Under the pieces are notes generated by a model that was given only the letters and a program-made list of their open reading frames with translations, was not told where the DNA came from and did no database searches. Shown here piece after piece: positions 1 to 8,854 of a stretch of 32,000 nt of DNA. A program made the position numbers and the translations under genes. Origin of the DNA: Aeropyrum pernix K1 (GTDB lineage: Archaea > Thermoproteota > Thermoprotei_A > Sulfolobales > Acidilobaceae); contig NC_000854.2 of the NCBI RefSeq assembly GCF_000011125.1, positions 90,001 through 122,000 on the forward strand. Direction: 5' to 3'. The stretch's first letter is position 1. Each line of letters opens with the position of its first letter.

Positions 1-1
1 T

Positions 2-673
2 CCTATTATCGATACCGTAGTTTTTACACCCCACATCCTCCCAGCCGCTGTCGCGACGATACTCCTCTCGGTTGCTGGGTTAATGGATGCTATTTGGAGG
101 GAGATAGAGCCCGCGTACTGGTACTTAGCCGTAAAAACGTCTATACTAGCCTTTGCAGCTTCGCTCTACCTCGAGGGCGGATTGGCCTCGACGCCGTCTA
201 AAGCCTTGGTGCACGTAAGCCTTACTCTCATCTTGGTGGCCGTCTCACTAGCATTATTCAAGCTGTGCCTCCTAGGTGGCTCTGATGTCGCCGCCTTCAT
301 CCTCGTAGCCGTCTCGTCACCTTACTCACCGGGCCTACCAATACCCCCCCTGGCGGTGGCTCTGATAGCCTCAGCCCCCCTGGCCGCAATGTACATTGCA
401 GTATCCCACGTTAGGCTGAGGCGGCGCGGCGGGCTCCTTACACCCGAGGACCTCGCGTTCGACCCCCGCTTCAAGTGGTGGATACCCCGTGTAGAAGGCG
501 AGGTTGTGGAGAGGTTCTTCCACGGGTGTAGACTCGACGCCGACCCTCCCGCCCTCGCAGCTCTCACCGGCCTCCGTGTGAGAGCCGAGCCTGGTATACC
601 CCTGGTAGCATTCATGGCCCTCGGCTACCTAGCGTACGTTGCTGCGGAGCTTCTGGCCATCCAGCCTATCTAG
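2..673 (+). CDS. Archaeal prepilin/archaellin signal peptidase (A24 family, PibD/FlaK-like), 5'-truncated by the window edge
   Basis: The reading frame of ORF 83..673 stays open upstream to position 2 (...PIIDTVVFTPHILPAAVATILLSVAGLMDAIWREIEPAYWY...). Two Asp sites are arranged as in A24 peptidases: 'GLMDAIWREI' and 'LLGGSDVAAFILVAV' (compare GGAD). The protein is multi-TM. Confidence 0.6.
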   Translation, partial: PIIDTVVFTPHILPAAVATILLSVAGLMDAIWREIEPAYWYLAVKTSILAFAASLYLEGGLASTPSKALVHVSLTLILVAVSLALFKLCLLGGSDVAAFILVAVSSPYSPGLPIPPLAVALIASAPLAAMYIAVSHVRLRRRGGLLTPEDLAFDPRFKWWIPRVEGEVVERFFHGCRLDADPPALAALTGLRVRAEPGIPLVAFMALGYLAYVAAELLAIQPI

Positions 674-705
674 TCGTGATTTAAACAGCTCTCGCGAAAG
701 CTTTA

Positions 706-1260
706 ATGGTGGGGGTGTTTGGACGCTTGTCTAGGCATGTATGGGTGAAGCGGTGGTACAGCATACTCTGGGCTCCTTGGAGGATGAAATATATTAAACA
801 GGCTGGCAGTCGAGAAGGGTGTGTATTCTGTGAGGCGCCTTCCATGGGTGACGACGCCAAAGCGCTAATAGTCTATAGAGGCAGCCTGTCATACGTTATA
901 CTTAACAAGTATCCCTACAACAGCGGCCACATAATGGTCACACCTTATAGACACGTGGCGGAGCTTGAGGACCTCACTATGGACGAGATCGTGGAGATGG
1001 CAAAGCTTGTGAGGGCTTCAGTCAAGGCCCTAAAACGCGTCTACGCGCCCCACGGTTTTAATATTGGAGTTAACATAGGCGAGGCGGCGGGAGCCGGTAT
1101 AGCAGGGCACTTTCACATCCACATAGTTCCCAGGTGGAGGGGCGACTCGAACTTCATGCTGACCGTAGGCGGTACTAAGGTGATACCGGAGTCCCTGGAG
1201 GATACATTTAAAAAGCTGAAGCCCGCTGTTGAGGAGGAGGCAAGGAAGGAGGGTGTTTAA
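706..1260 (+). CDS. HIT family hydrolase (Ap4A/nucleotide phosphohydrolase-like)
   Basis: 'WAPWRMKYI', CxxC near the N-terminus, 'YNSGHIMVTPYRHV' and the catalytic histidine triad 'GHFHIHIVPRW'. Confidence 0.88.
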   Translation: MVGVFGRLSRHVWVKRWYSILWAPWRMKYIKQAGSREGCVFCEAPSMGDDAKALIVYRGSLSYVILNKYPYNSGHIMVTPYRHVAELEDLTMDEIVEMAKLVRASVKALKRVYAPHGFNIGVNIGEAAGAGIAGHFHIHIVPRWRGDSNFMLTVGGTKVIPESLEDTFKKLKPAVEEEARKEGV

Positions 1261-1263
1261 ACC

Positions 1264-2262
1264 GTGGAAAACGGGTTCAACCACCTCTTCATAATAACCC
1301 ATACAGACCTCGACGGCATAGGAGCCGGGGCCGTTGCCGTCAGGCTTCTGGGGAGGGTAGACGGGGGTTATACAGTCGTCTTCGCAGAGCCTTACAACTT
1401 GCACAACTCAATAGAGGATATTTTAGACCATCTTGGTAAGGGTGACCTAATAATAATCAGCGACCTCGGCGCTAACAGAGAATCGCTGCCGAGGGCCGCA
1501 GACCTCCTGGCCTCGGCCACGAGTAAAGGTGTCGCGGTGAAATGGTTCGACCACCACATATGGAGCAACGATGAGCTGGAATTACTGAGGAGGGCAGGAG
1601 TTGAAGTCACCGTCGACACATCAACATGCGCCACGGGAGTTGTAGCCAGATACCTAACCCCAGACGGTGGAGACGGTTTTATCAAGCAATTTGTAGATGC
1701 AGTGTGCAGCGCCGACCTCTGGAAGTGGACTCACCCGCTTAGCGGGAAGCTATTCCGTGTTGTTGGAGAGCGTAACCAGGATATGGAGTGGAAGCACAAG
1801 GTCCTTGCCAAGTTCGCCGCCGGCGTTATGTGGGATGAGGAGTTGGAGAAGAGGCTTGAGGGCTATGTGAATGAAGAACTCAGAGGCTACACAACGGCTA
1901 TAAAGAACGCTGTCACCATCAAGATACATGACCTCAGAATAGCTTCGACATACAAAAACTTCAGGGGCCCCCCCAGTAGCAGCATGATAGGGGCCCTACT
2001 CCTCCACAGGTACAACGCCGACATAGCAATCATCGTGAGGAGCGACGGCGGCCTGAGCCTGAGGAGTAGAAGGGTTAACGTGCAACCCATAGCAAGAGAG
2101 CTTGGGGGAGGAGGACACCCTAAGGCCGCCGGGGCTAAGATAGAGGTGCCTCTCCTGGTCAGGCTAGCCTCCAGACTCTACCCCAAAATCCTGTCACTCT
2201 ACGCTGCAAGGCTAGTAGCGGCGAAGGCTTCTGAATTAAGTCTTATAGAGGCCACTGGCTAG
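1264..2262 (+). CDS. DHH/DHHA1 family phosphoesterase (NrnA/RecJ-like)
   Basis: 'THTDLDGIGAGAVAVR' (motif I), 'DHH' in 'WFDHHIWSND' and the C-terminal DHHA1 'GGGGHPKAAGA'. GTG start 4 nt after the HIT stop. Confidence 0.85.
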   Translation: MENGFNHLFIITHTDLDGIGAGAVAVRLLGRVDGGYTVVFAEPYNLHNSIEDILDHLGKGDLIIISDLGANRESLPRAADLLASATSKGVAVKWFDHHIWSNDELELLRRAGVEVTVDTSTCATGVVARYLTPDGGDGFIKQFVDAVCSADLWKWTHPLSGKLFRVVGERNQDMEWKHKVLAKFAAGVMWDEELEKRLEGYVNEELRGYTTAIKNAVTIKIHDLRIASTYKNFRGPPSSSMIGALLLHRYNADIAIIVRSDGGLSLRSRRVNVQPIARELGGGGHPKAAGAKIEVPLLVRLASRLYPKILSLYAARLVAAKASELSLIEATG

Positions 2263-2306
2263 ACAAGCCTATAATCGTCCAAATAAACAAGCGGAAATAC
2301 TACTGT

Positions 2307-2330
2307 TATAGATACTGGTATAGATACTGG
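2307..2330 (+). repeat. Perfect tandem duplication of TATAGATACTGG (2 x 12 bp)
   Basis: TATAGATACTGG at 2307-2318 and 2319-2330, directly adjacent. Confidence 0.9.
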
Positions 2331-2398
2331 GGGAGTGGTCGATCGAAACACCGAAGACACAGGGTTAGCTTTAATAAACTGTGGGTGGTGCTACAAGG

Positions 2399-3850
2399 GT
2401 GAACCGAGGAAGACGGACTACTGTAGCATATCCGCTCCTACTTTCGCTACTCATATTGCTATCTATAGTATGCCAGGCAGCCCACGCCCAAGAACCGACA
2501 CTAAGGCACCCGCCCGAACTTAAAGATCCTATCACAAGCCTCCTTAACAGCGGCCTAATACCAACGTTGAGCTACAGCGACTATGCTATGCTCGCTAAAC
2601 AGCTGTCGGAGGTTATGTCGAACGCCATTGCAGAGGCCCTGCAAGGGTCGCTGGTGAGCGATAATGACCTCGACGCAGTTGTAGCCATGCTAGGCGCCTC
2701 TGAAGCCCTCTCGAGAATGCCGGAAGAATACACTCCCAGAGCGGAGGCGGTGGTTGAGGAGGCTAAAAGAGCTGTTGAAGGGCTGGAGGTGTTTCTTCTT
2801 GCATACGGCCTCGACGAAGATGAGCCCTACGCATCCAAAACTATCGCCGTTGGCCTGCTGGACAGCGGCGGTGAACCCAGAATAGTTGTGATGGGCCCCG
2901 CTAGCCATGTACTCCTCACCCTTGTAAACGCTGTGATAATAGATCGTGACGTTGTGGTTCTCTTTCCCGTTAGCAGTCAGGTAGTAATCATGTCAGCCCA
3001 GAGCGGAGGCCTCCCCAGCGGTGTAGAGATAGGCCCTGGCAGGCCCGGCATTGAGGACAAAATCAGGGACGAATTCCTACCTGAGGAGGTGAAGGAGAGT
3101 TATAGCAGGGGGGTCAGTGGTCAGACTGTTAATGGCGAGTATCAAGATAGCGAGAACGAAGGGGGGGAGGATAAAATCGTCGACATATCGTCTCTTCTGA
3201 AGGAGCTGGCCTCACGCCTTACAAAGCAGGGTGGCCAAGGCAGTGGTGATACCGGCTCTTATCTACCTTCCGGTGGAGCTGTGGGCAGTGGCACGGCAGC
3301 TATAGTGGCTTCGCCCATAGGCAAGCTGGGTATTACCTATGAGGATTTCGCGAGAATCGCCGACATTCTCAGGCTTGACCTGCCCGAGGCTCAGGCCGAG
3401 GGGGATCTCGAGGGTGGTGAGGTCCTGGTACCTGTATCGCCGCTGGAGCGGGCGGGAAGCAGCATGGGGCTCGTACTCACGGCTGTAGCTGTATTGGGTG
3501 TAATAACGCTAACGGCCTCCTATGCGCCGGAAATCCGCCGCACTCTCTCAGCCCGCCTGGCCATGTCGAGGGGTAGTGCGGCAGCCAGTGCTGCTGAAGT
3601 GTGCTATAGGGCAGCGCTGGAGGTCCTGGAAACCCAGGGGTTAAGGAGGATGCCTTGGGAGACTCCGAGGGAGTTCCTCGTCCGTGCTGAGAAGAGTCTC
3701 GTGGACGAGCAGGTGTATGCTATGAGATACATCACGTGGCTTTACGAATTACACCGTTACGGCGGACTGAAGCCGTCGCCGGGGGAGGCTGAAGAGTGTA
3801 TGAGGATGGTTGAAGCTCTCAGGGCAAGGGGTAGAGATGGTGATAGATAA
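2399..3850 (+). CDS. Secreted/membrane-anchored protein with C-terminal DUF4129-like domain (track ORF starts at 2381)
   Basis: Signal peptide 'RRTTVAYPLLLSLLILLSIVCQAAHAQ', C-terminal TM 'LVLTAVAVLGVITLTASYAP', then 'VCYRAALEVLETQGLRRMPWETPREFLVRAEK', typical of DUF4129. GTG at 2399 sits about 26 nt after TATA-like TTTAATAAA (2370-2378). Confidence 0.65.
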   Translation: MNRGRRTTVAYPLLLSLLILLSIVCQAAHAQEPTLRHPPELKDPITSLLNSGLIPTLSYSDYAMLAKQLSEVMSNAIAEALQGSLVSDNDLDAVVAMLGASEALSRMPEEYTPRAEAVVEEAKRAVEGLEVFLLAYGLDEDEPYASKTIAVGLLDSGGEPRIVVMGPASHVLLTLVNAVIIDRDVVVLFPVSSQVVIMSAQSGGLPSGVEIGPGRPGIEDKIRDEFLPEEVKESYSRGVSGQTVNGEYQDSENEGGEDKIVDISSLLKELASRLTKQGGQGSGDTGSYLPSGGAVGSGTAAIVASPIGKLGITYEDFARIADILRLDLPEAQAEGDLEGGEVLVPVSPLERAGSSMGLVLTAVAVLGVITLTASYAPEIRRTLSARLAMSRGSAAASAAEVCYRAALEVLETQGLRRMPWETPREFLVRAEKSLVDEQVYAMRYITWLYELHRYGGLKPSPGEAEECMRMVEALRARGRDGDR

Positions 3851-4856
3851 GCGTGTGCTCACGGTGTTCTTGATCCTAATAGCTATTCTAGGGAGCATGG
3901 AGATAAGGCCGAGGGCTCTAATTCTTAGCATAGCCACACCTAGCGACGCGCCCCTCCCGTACAATGACGGCCCCTTGGGTGTATCGGATTTAGCCTCTTC
4001 GCTAGAGAACATGGGATATAGCGTCACAGTCTTACCGGAGGTCGACGATGTAGCCAGGATTCTGGCCGGCCCTGGTGGAGAGAGGCTCGTGTTTATTGTT
4101 ATAGGGGCAGATAGTCTGAGGGGGGATGTGCTGGCTAAGATGCTTACGGTTCTCGCAGACAATGGGGACGCTAGGGTCTCTCTAGTGTACGCTGATGAGG
4201 AGCCGCCTCTACCTCTAGACTCAGTAGAGTGGAAGCGGCTTCAAACATCATTCTGTGGTCAGCAGTATTTCAGCCTGGGTGAGGTTGAGCCGGCCGAGTC
4301 GCTCATAGTATCCACCTCAGACGGCAGTATAAGCGTGTTAACGGGTTTCGCAGCCCCGCTAGTTCTTGAAATATATGGCGGGATATCGTATGCCTCAAAG
4401 CCTCCCGGCGGAGAGGAGGTGTTCCTCTACGCCTGGCCATCTCTAGGGGAGGTAAGAGGCTTCTGGTACTCCCTGGGGGGTGTTTGTGGCGGTGAGGACA
4501 GGCTCGTGGTCATAGGAGACTCGACCCTGTTCCTAAACAACTACTATTCAAGATCCGAGGGCTACGCACATATTGCTTCCCTGATAATGGCTAAGGCTGC
4601 GCCTGAGAGTGAGGCCACGGTCGTATTCGTACAGGAACTGTATATCTCCCAGAGGGAGAGGATGAACGTGGCCGTCATGCTCGCACCTTCAGTACTGCTG
4701 ACGGCTGCGGCAGATCTTTACAGCACCCTCGAGAGCGGGGTTAGAGCTTTCATTGGCGAAACACCTCTGAAGCCTGCTTTCGCAGGGAGCGTAGCCGTCT
4801 TCTTATTGGCTGTACTTCCACTATTCGTTAAGGGTAGGAGAAGGCAGGTGGGGTAG
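3837..4856 (+). CDS. DUF4350-like membrane protein (track ORF starts at 3810; ATG at 3837 gives MVIDKRVLTVFL...)
   Basis: N-terminal TM and C-terminal TM ('FAGSVAVFLLAVLPLFVKG'), 'SSLENMGYSVTVLPE', and position between the DUF4129 gene and MoxR. Confidence 0.6.
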   Translation: MVIDKRVLTVFLILIAILGSMEIRPRALILSIATPSDAPLPYNDGPLGVSDLASSLENMGYSVTVLPEVDDVARILAGPGGERLVFIVIGADSLRGDVLAKMLTVLADNGDARVSLVYADEEPPLPLDSVEWKRLQTSFCGQQYFSLGEVEPAESLIVSTSDGSISVLTGFAAPLVLEIYGGISYASKPPGGEEVFLYAWPSLGEVRGFWYSLGGVCGGEDRLVVIGDSTLFLNNYYSRSEGYAHIASLIMAKAAPESEATVVFVQELYISQRERMNVAVMLAPSVLLTAAADLYSTLESGVRAFIGETPLKPAFAGSVAVFLLAVLPLFVKGRRRQVG

Positions 4857-4863
4857 CCTAGCT

Positions 4864-5808
4864 GTGGAGAGGGTTACTCAAGCCGAGCTCGGGTGGAGCC
4901 TAGAGGTTCTGGCGAGGGTGAAAAGGGAGGTAGCAAGGTTCGTAATAGGTAAGGAGAGGGAGGTAAAGCTAGCCCTCGCCACAATGATAGCAAAAGGGCA
5001 TCTCCTGGTGGAGGGTGTCCCCGGAGTCGCTAAGACTACGTTGGCCAAGGCTCTGGCGGGGGCCTTCGGCCTGAGGTTCTCTAGGATCCAGTTCACTCCT
5101 GACACGTTGCCCAGCGACGTGATAGGAACCCATGTCTACGTTGGGAACGGCTTCGTTTTTAGGCGTGGTCCTGTTTTTGCTAATGTTGTTCTTGCTGATG
5201 AGGTTAACCGTGCTAATCCTCGTACTCAGAGTGCTTTTCTTGAGGCTATGCAGGAGGGGCAGGTTACTGTGTGGGGTGAGACCCACAGGCTCCCCAGCCC
5301 CTTCATAGTCCTAGCCACAATGAACCCCATAGAGCTGGAGGGAGTCTACCCACTACCAGAAGCACAACTAGACAGATTCATGGCCCGAATAAGGCTTGGG
5401 TACCCTACCCGGGTGGAGGAGATTAAGATTATTGAGAAGGGGGACGAGGTTGAGGATCTCAACGTCGAGCCTGCTGCATCTCCGGAGGACCTGAAGAGGC
5501 TTCAGGACACGGCGAGAAGAATATATGTTGACCGCAAGCTAGTAGAGTATATTGCCGACATTGTTAGGGAGACTAGGAGGATTGAAGAGGTTGAGATAGG
5601 GGCCAGCCCTAGAGCTGGTATACACATCCTAAAGCTCTCCCGAGCCCTAGCCCTGATGAGCGGGAGAGACTTTGCCACACCCGACGATGTGAAGGAAGCC
5701 GCCAGAGCCGCCTTACCCCACAGGCTCAAGCTGAGGAAGGTCTATATTTCCAAGCACAGTTCAGAGGGTCTGGTTGAGGATGTTCTCAAGAAGGTTCCGC
5801 CGCCTTAG
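4864..5808 (+). CDS. MoxR family AAA+ ATPase
   Basis: Walker A 'GVPGVAKTTLAKALA', Walker B 'VVLADEVNRANPRTQSAFLEAMQEGQVT', sensor 'VLATMNPIELEGVYPLPEAQLDRF'. Confidence 0.95.
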   Translation: MERVTQAELGWSLEVLARVKREVARFVIGKEREVKLALATMIAKGHLLVEGVPGVAKTTLAKALAGAFGLRFSRIQFTPDTLPSDVIGTHVYVGNGFVFRRGPVFANVVLADEVNRANPRTQSAFLEAMQEGQVTVWGETHRLPSPFIVLATMNPIELEGVYPLPEAQLDRFMARIRLGYPTRVEEIKIIEKGDEVEDLNVEPAASPEDLKRLQDTARRIYVDRKLVEYIADIVRETRRIEEVEIGASPRAGIHILKLSRALALMSGRDFATPDDVKEAARAALPHRLKLRKVYISKHSSEGLVEDVLKKVPPP

Positions 5809-6889
5809 CCCCCGGGACATTATAGGGGGCGATGTAACACTCAGAAGGCCTAGCGTTGCTGAAGCTCTAGCGGTAGCCTCTGCATCCTTCATAGCCTCCT
5901 TCTACGTATCCGGCGAAACAATCCTCCTAGCCGCAGGCCTAGCCCTTGGAGGGCTCGCAATAGCAAGCAGCCTACCTGCTAGAGCAGGAAGGGTATTCAT
6001 AGCGGGGATTAGACTGGAGTTTATGATACCCGGCAGAATTGTTGAGGGGGAGGTACGGACAGGGCGTCTGCTAGTGGAGAACAGAACACTAAACCCCATG
6101 GTACTTAAGATTATTCTCAAGCCTGAGGAGGGGCTGGAGGTCGAGCCTGAGAGGGCTGAAGTCCATGCTCCACCCCTCTCCAGGAGATCTATAAGCTTAG
6201 TTGTTAAACCCAGATTCGGAAGATATAAGCTTATAGCGAGTATAGAGGAGGCGAGGAGCCCTCTAGGGCTCTGGAGCCTTCAGCCAGAACAGCCGCAAAC
6301 AGCCGTTGAGGTCCTCGCTACACCTAAACCAGAAGTTGTTAGCGAGGATATCAGCGTCTTAACCGGGCCAGGTAGCCTAGACCGCGGGAGAGAGGGATCG
6401 GGCCTGGACTACAGGAGCTTTAGGGAGTACCAGCCCGGCGACGACCCGAGGAGTATAGAGTGGAAGCTGACTGGCAGAAGAGGAGCGCCAGTTGTCAGGG
6501 AAGTAGAGGGGGCTGAGTCTTCCAAACCTGTTAGGCTGGTACTCGCTATCCGGCCTCAACACTACAGGAAACCCTTGTATAATTCCCCTTATGGTGCAGC
6601 TGCTCGGAGGCTCTATACGATCTCCATGATGCTAGCTGAAGAGGGCGTGAGGCACTCGGTCCTACTACCTGGGGCCCGCGGCTTCCAGGAGCTGGAGATA
6701 TCGACACCGCGTGATACGCTTGAGCTGGGGCTTGCACTCGCTATTTACACGCCCGAGGATCCACCTATAGACTATGCATACCTTATAGAGGACCTGGCAA
6801 GACGCGACAGTCCTGTTATAGTTGTGTCGCCGAAGGGCACACTCGGGGAGATCGTGGATAAGGATAGAGTATATGTTTTGGAGGTTTAA
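5774..6889 (+). CDS. DUF58 domain protein
   Basis: 'SGLDYSGFREY..GDDPRSIEWK' type signature: 'GSGLDYRSFREYQPGDDPRSIEWKLTGRRGAPVVREVE'. Two N-terminal TMs. Located directly after moxR. Confidence 0.9.
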   Translation: MRMFSRRFRRLSPRDIIGGDVTLRRPSVAEALAVASASFIASFYVSGETILLAAGLALGGLAIASSLPARAGRVFIAGIRLEFMIPGRIVEGEVRTGRLLVENRTLNPMVLKIILKPEEGLEVEPERAEVHAPPLSRRSISLVVKPRFGRYKLIASIEEARSPLGLWSLQPEQPQTAVEVLATPKPEVVSEDISVLTGPGSLDRGREGSGLDYRSFREYQPGDDPRSIEWKLTGRRGAPVVREVEGAESSKPVRLVLAIRPQHYRKPLYNSPYGAAARRLYTISMMLAEEGVRHSVLLPGARGFQELEISTPRDTLELGLALAIYTPEDPPIDYAYLIEDLARRDSPVIVVSPKGTLGEIVDKDRVYVLEV

Positions 6890-6895
6890 AGAGGT

Positions 6896-7999
6896 TTGTC
6901 GCGTCTGAGGATAGCGTTAGCACTAGTAGGTCTTGCAGCTGCCCTCTGGCTCAGAGACCTGCACCTCTATTACCTAGACTATAGAGGTCTCCCCCCAGCA
7001 GTGTCGGGGATTACAGTAGTCGACCTTGAGGCTGTCACAAGAACAATAGTTGATATTGCCTCGCTATCATTGGCAGTCTCTTTCATAGTTAGCCCCGCCT
7101 ACTCCTTGGCAGTTGGGATGATTTGGGCGGCGGCCGATGCCATATTATGGCTCGACCCCCAGGCGGCTGTCTATACTGCCGCGCTGTCACTAGCCATCTA
7201 CACAGTGGCAAACCTTGCCAGCCACGCGCGTAACATTAAGCAGCTTGTTTTCGGGCTTTTAGAACTGGCCCCATTAGCCGTCCCTATCGCAGCTGCTTGC
7301 CTCCTCTACATCATAATCGAGAGGCTTCCTTTTATACTGGTCTCTAGGGGAGTTCTTCGTGGGGATACGGCACTCCTAGCCACCGTTTCGGGGGCAACGT
7401 TGGCCTGGGACTTTGCCGCTGCAGCGGCTTCTCTCTTCCTCGTGGGCCTCATAGCCCCGAGGATCTACATTGACATCCTAACCTTCATGGGGGGGAGTCG
7501 AGTCGCTGTTGCGCTTGCTAGAGAGGAGGCTTTAGAGAGCCTCGAGGATGAGGCAAGGGGATCGTTCGAGCATCTCTCCTCATATCTGGCCTCGCTCCTC
7601 GCCTCCATGCTCCTCGCCCCGCTAGTGAGGGACTTGCTGAAGGACCTAAGCTACGCGCTGGTGGGCTGGATTCACTGGATCCTCGCGGAAGCCGCCGCTC
7701 TACTACCCCTTGTGATTCTCTTTTACGTGATTAAGAGAACGATATATGTGATGGTTACTGGTCGCCTGGACTCGGCCCTCCAGATATTATCCGTTATCCT
7801 TGCTGCGTCGCTCCTGGCCTCCGCCGTTTCTTCCCAAACTCTACTTCTAGAAGCCTTGACAGGCATACCGGCCTCCGAAAGCTCGTTAGGAAGACTCGAC
7901 TATGTCGCACTGCCCGAAGCCGGTCTCGCTATAGAGTACAGTCTTAGGAGGCTTGATGAGGTGCTTTCTATAGTCGTAAGGCTTTTCTGGGGAGGATGA
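6896..7999 (+). CDS. Polytopic membrane protein of unknown function, last gene of the moxR cluster
   Basis: Long hydrophobic segments throughout; starts 7 nt after the DUF58 stop. Confidence 0.75.
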   Translation: MSRLRIALALVGLAAALWLRDLHLYYLDYRGLPPAVSGITVVDLEAVTRTIVDIASLSLAVSFIVSPAYSLAVGMIWAAADAILWLDPQAAVYTAALSLAIYTVANLASHARNIKQLVFGLLELAPLAVPIAAACLLYIIIERLPFILVSRGVLRGDTALLATVSGATLAWDFAAAAASLFLVGLIAPRIYIDILTFMGGSRVAVALAREEALESLEDEARGSFEHLSSYLASLLASMLLAPLVRDLLKDLSYALVGWIHWILAEAAALLPLVILFYVIKRTIYVMVTGRLDSALQILSVILAASLLASAVSSQTLLLEALTGIPASESSLGRLDYVALPEAGLAIEYSLRRLDEVLSIVVRLFWGG

Positions 8000-8057
8000 A
8001 AAGGTAAACGCCACTCGAAGCTTCGTCTAGTTCAAGACTCTCTATACTATGTGGGGG

Positions 8058-8095
8058 CTCGCTAGGTCAACCGACGTGGCTTAAATAGCCGCGAG
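8058..8095. terminator. Hairpin structure between convergent genes (CGTGGCT-TAAAT-AGCCGCG core, 8075-8093)
   Basis: 7 bp stem with one G:U pair and 5 nt loop at 8075-8093. An alternative outer pairing is CTCGC (8058-8062) with GCGAG (8091-8095). Confidence 0.4.
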
Positions 8096-8100
8096 AGAAG

Positions 8101-8682
8101 CTACTCTAGAAGCCTCCATCCCCCCTCCTTTGCATCATAATAGACTGTACCCTTCTTACGGAGGAGTAGGAAAAGCCTACCGTATTCTCCCAGCCTCGAT
8201 GCAGCTTCTTCAGGATCGCTAGTGGAGATCTCTCTGAGCATGCCCCTAAATCTGGTATAGCTCTCCGGCGTCAAAACAGCTACGTCACCTCCTGCATCCA
8301 AGATTATGAGTCCAGTGCTCCTGGCCAAGCTTATGAGGGCTGCGGGGCTAAGCCCCGTCTTGGTCCTGGATTCGCTGACAAGGATGTAACCCTCCCTTTC
8401 AATGGCATCCAAAACCCTATCTTCCAGACCGCCGCCGCGCCGGGGCAATCCGCCCCTCTTCTCGCTAGATTTAAGCAGCCTGAGTATGGCTTTTAGGAGG
8501 CCTTCAACCTCGTCAAGCCTCTTTTCAATCCTAGATAGCCTTTCACCTATATCCGTGAGCTGCCTCCTAAGCTCCTCGTCAAGAGGGCCTGCCCTAACCT
8601 CTGGGTCGCCCGGGTGGATATAGTCGTCTATCCTACGCCTCCTCATCCACAGGATAGCACCTCGCGTGGTCTCCATAAACAA
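8101..8682 (-). CDS. Hypothetical protein with N-terminal coiled coil
   Basis: 'LDEELRRQLTDIGERLSRIEKRLDEVEGLLKAILRLL' heptad pattern followed by a wHTH-like region. Start uncertain (possible internal M at about 8646). Confidence 0.6.
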   Translation of the reverse strand: MFMETTRGAILWMRRRRIDDYIHPGDPEVRAGPLDEELRRQLTDIGERLSRIEKRLDEVEGLLKAILRLLKSSEKRGGLPRRGGGLEDRVLDAIEREGYILVSESRTKTGLSPAALISLARSTGLIILDAGGDVAVLTPESYTRFRGMLREISTSDPEEAASRLGEYGRLFLLLRKKGTVYYDAKEGGWRLLE

Positions 8683-8854
8683 GGTTCTACAGCGACCTTA
8701 ATACAGTGTCCTTTCAAAGCCTCTATGGCCAGCCGCTGGCGGTAGACATAGCCACATACTCCACCATCTCTACTAAAGTACTCTCGGCTGACGCATCCTT
8801 ATCCCCTTGGAGAAACTCTTTTCAGATGTGGAAGGGTGGGGACGAGGATTGGCT

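Noticed and set aside
1030-1404. Antisense ORF (124 aa) opposite the HIT/DHH genes
   Set aside because: It is antisense to two confidently assigned genes and shows no family motif; the composition is typical of shadow ORFs.
2335-2523. 62-aa ORF overlapping the start of the DUF4129 gene
   Set aside because: It overlaps the strong signal-peptide-encoding gene in another frame and shows no homology-like pattern.
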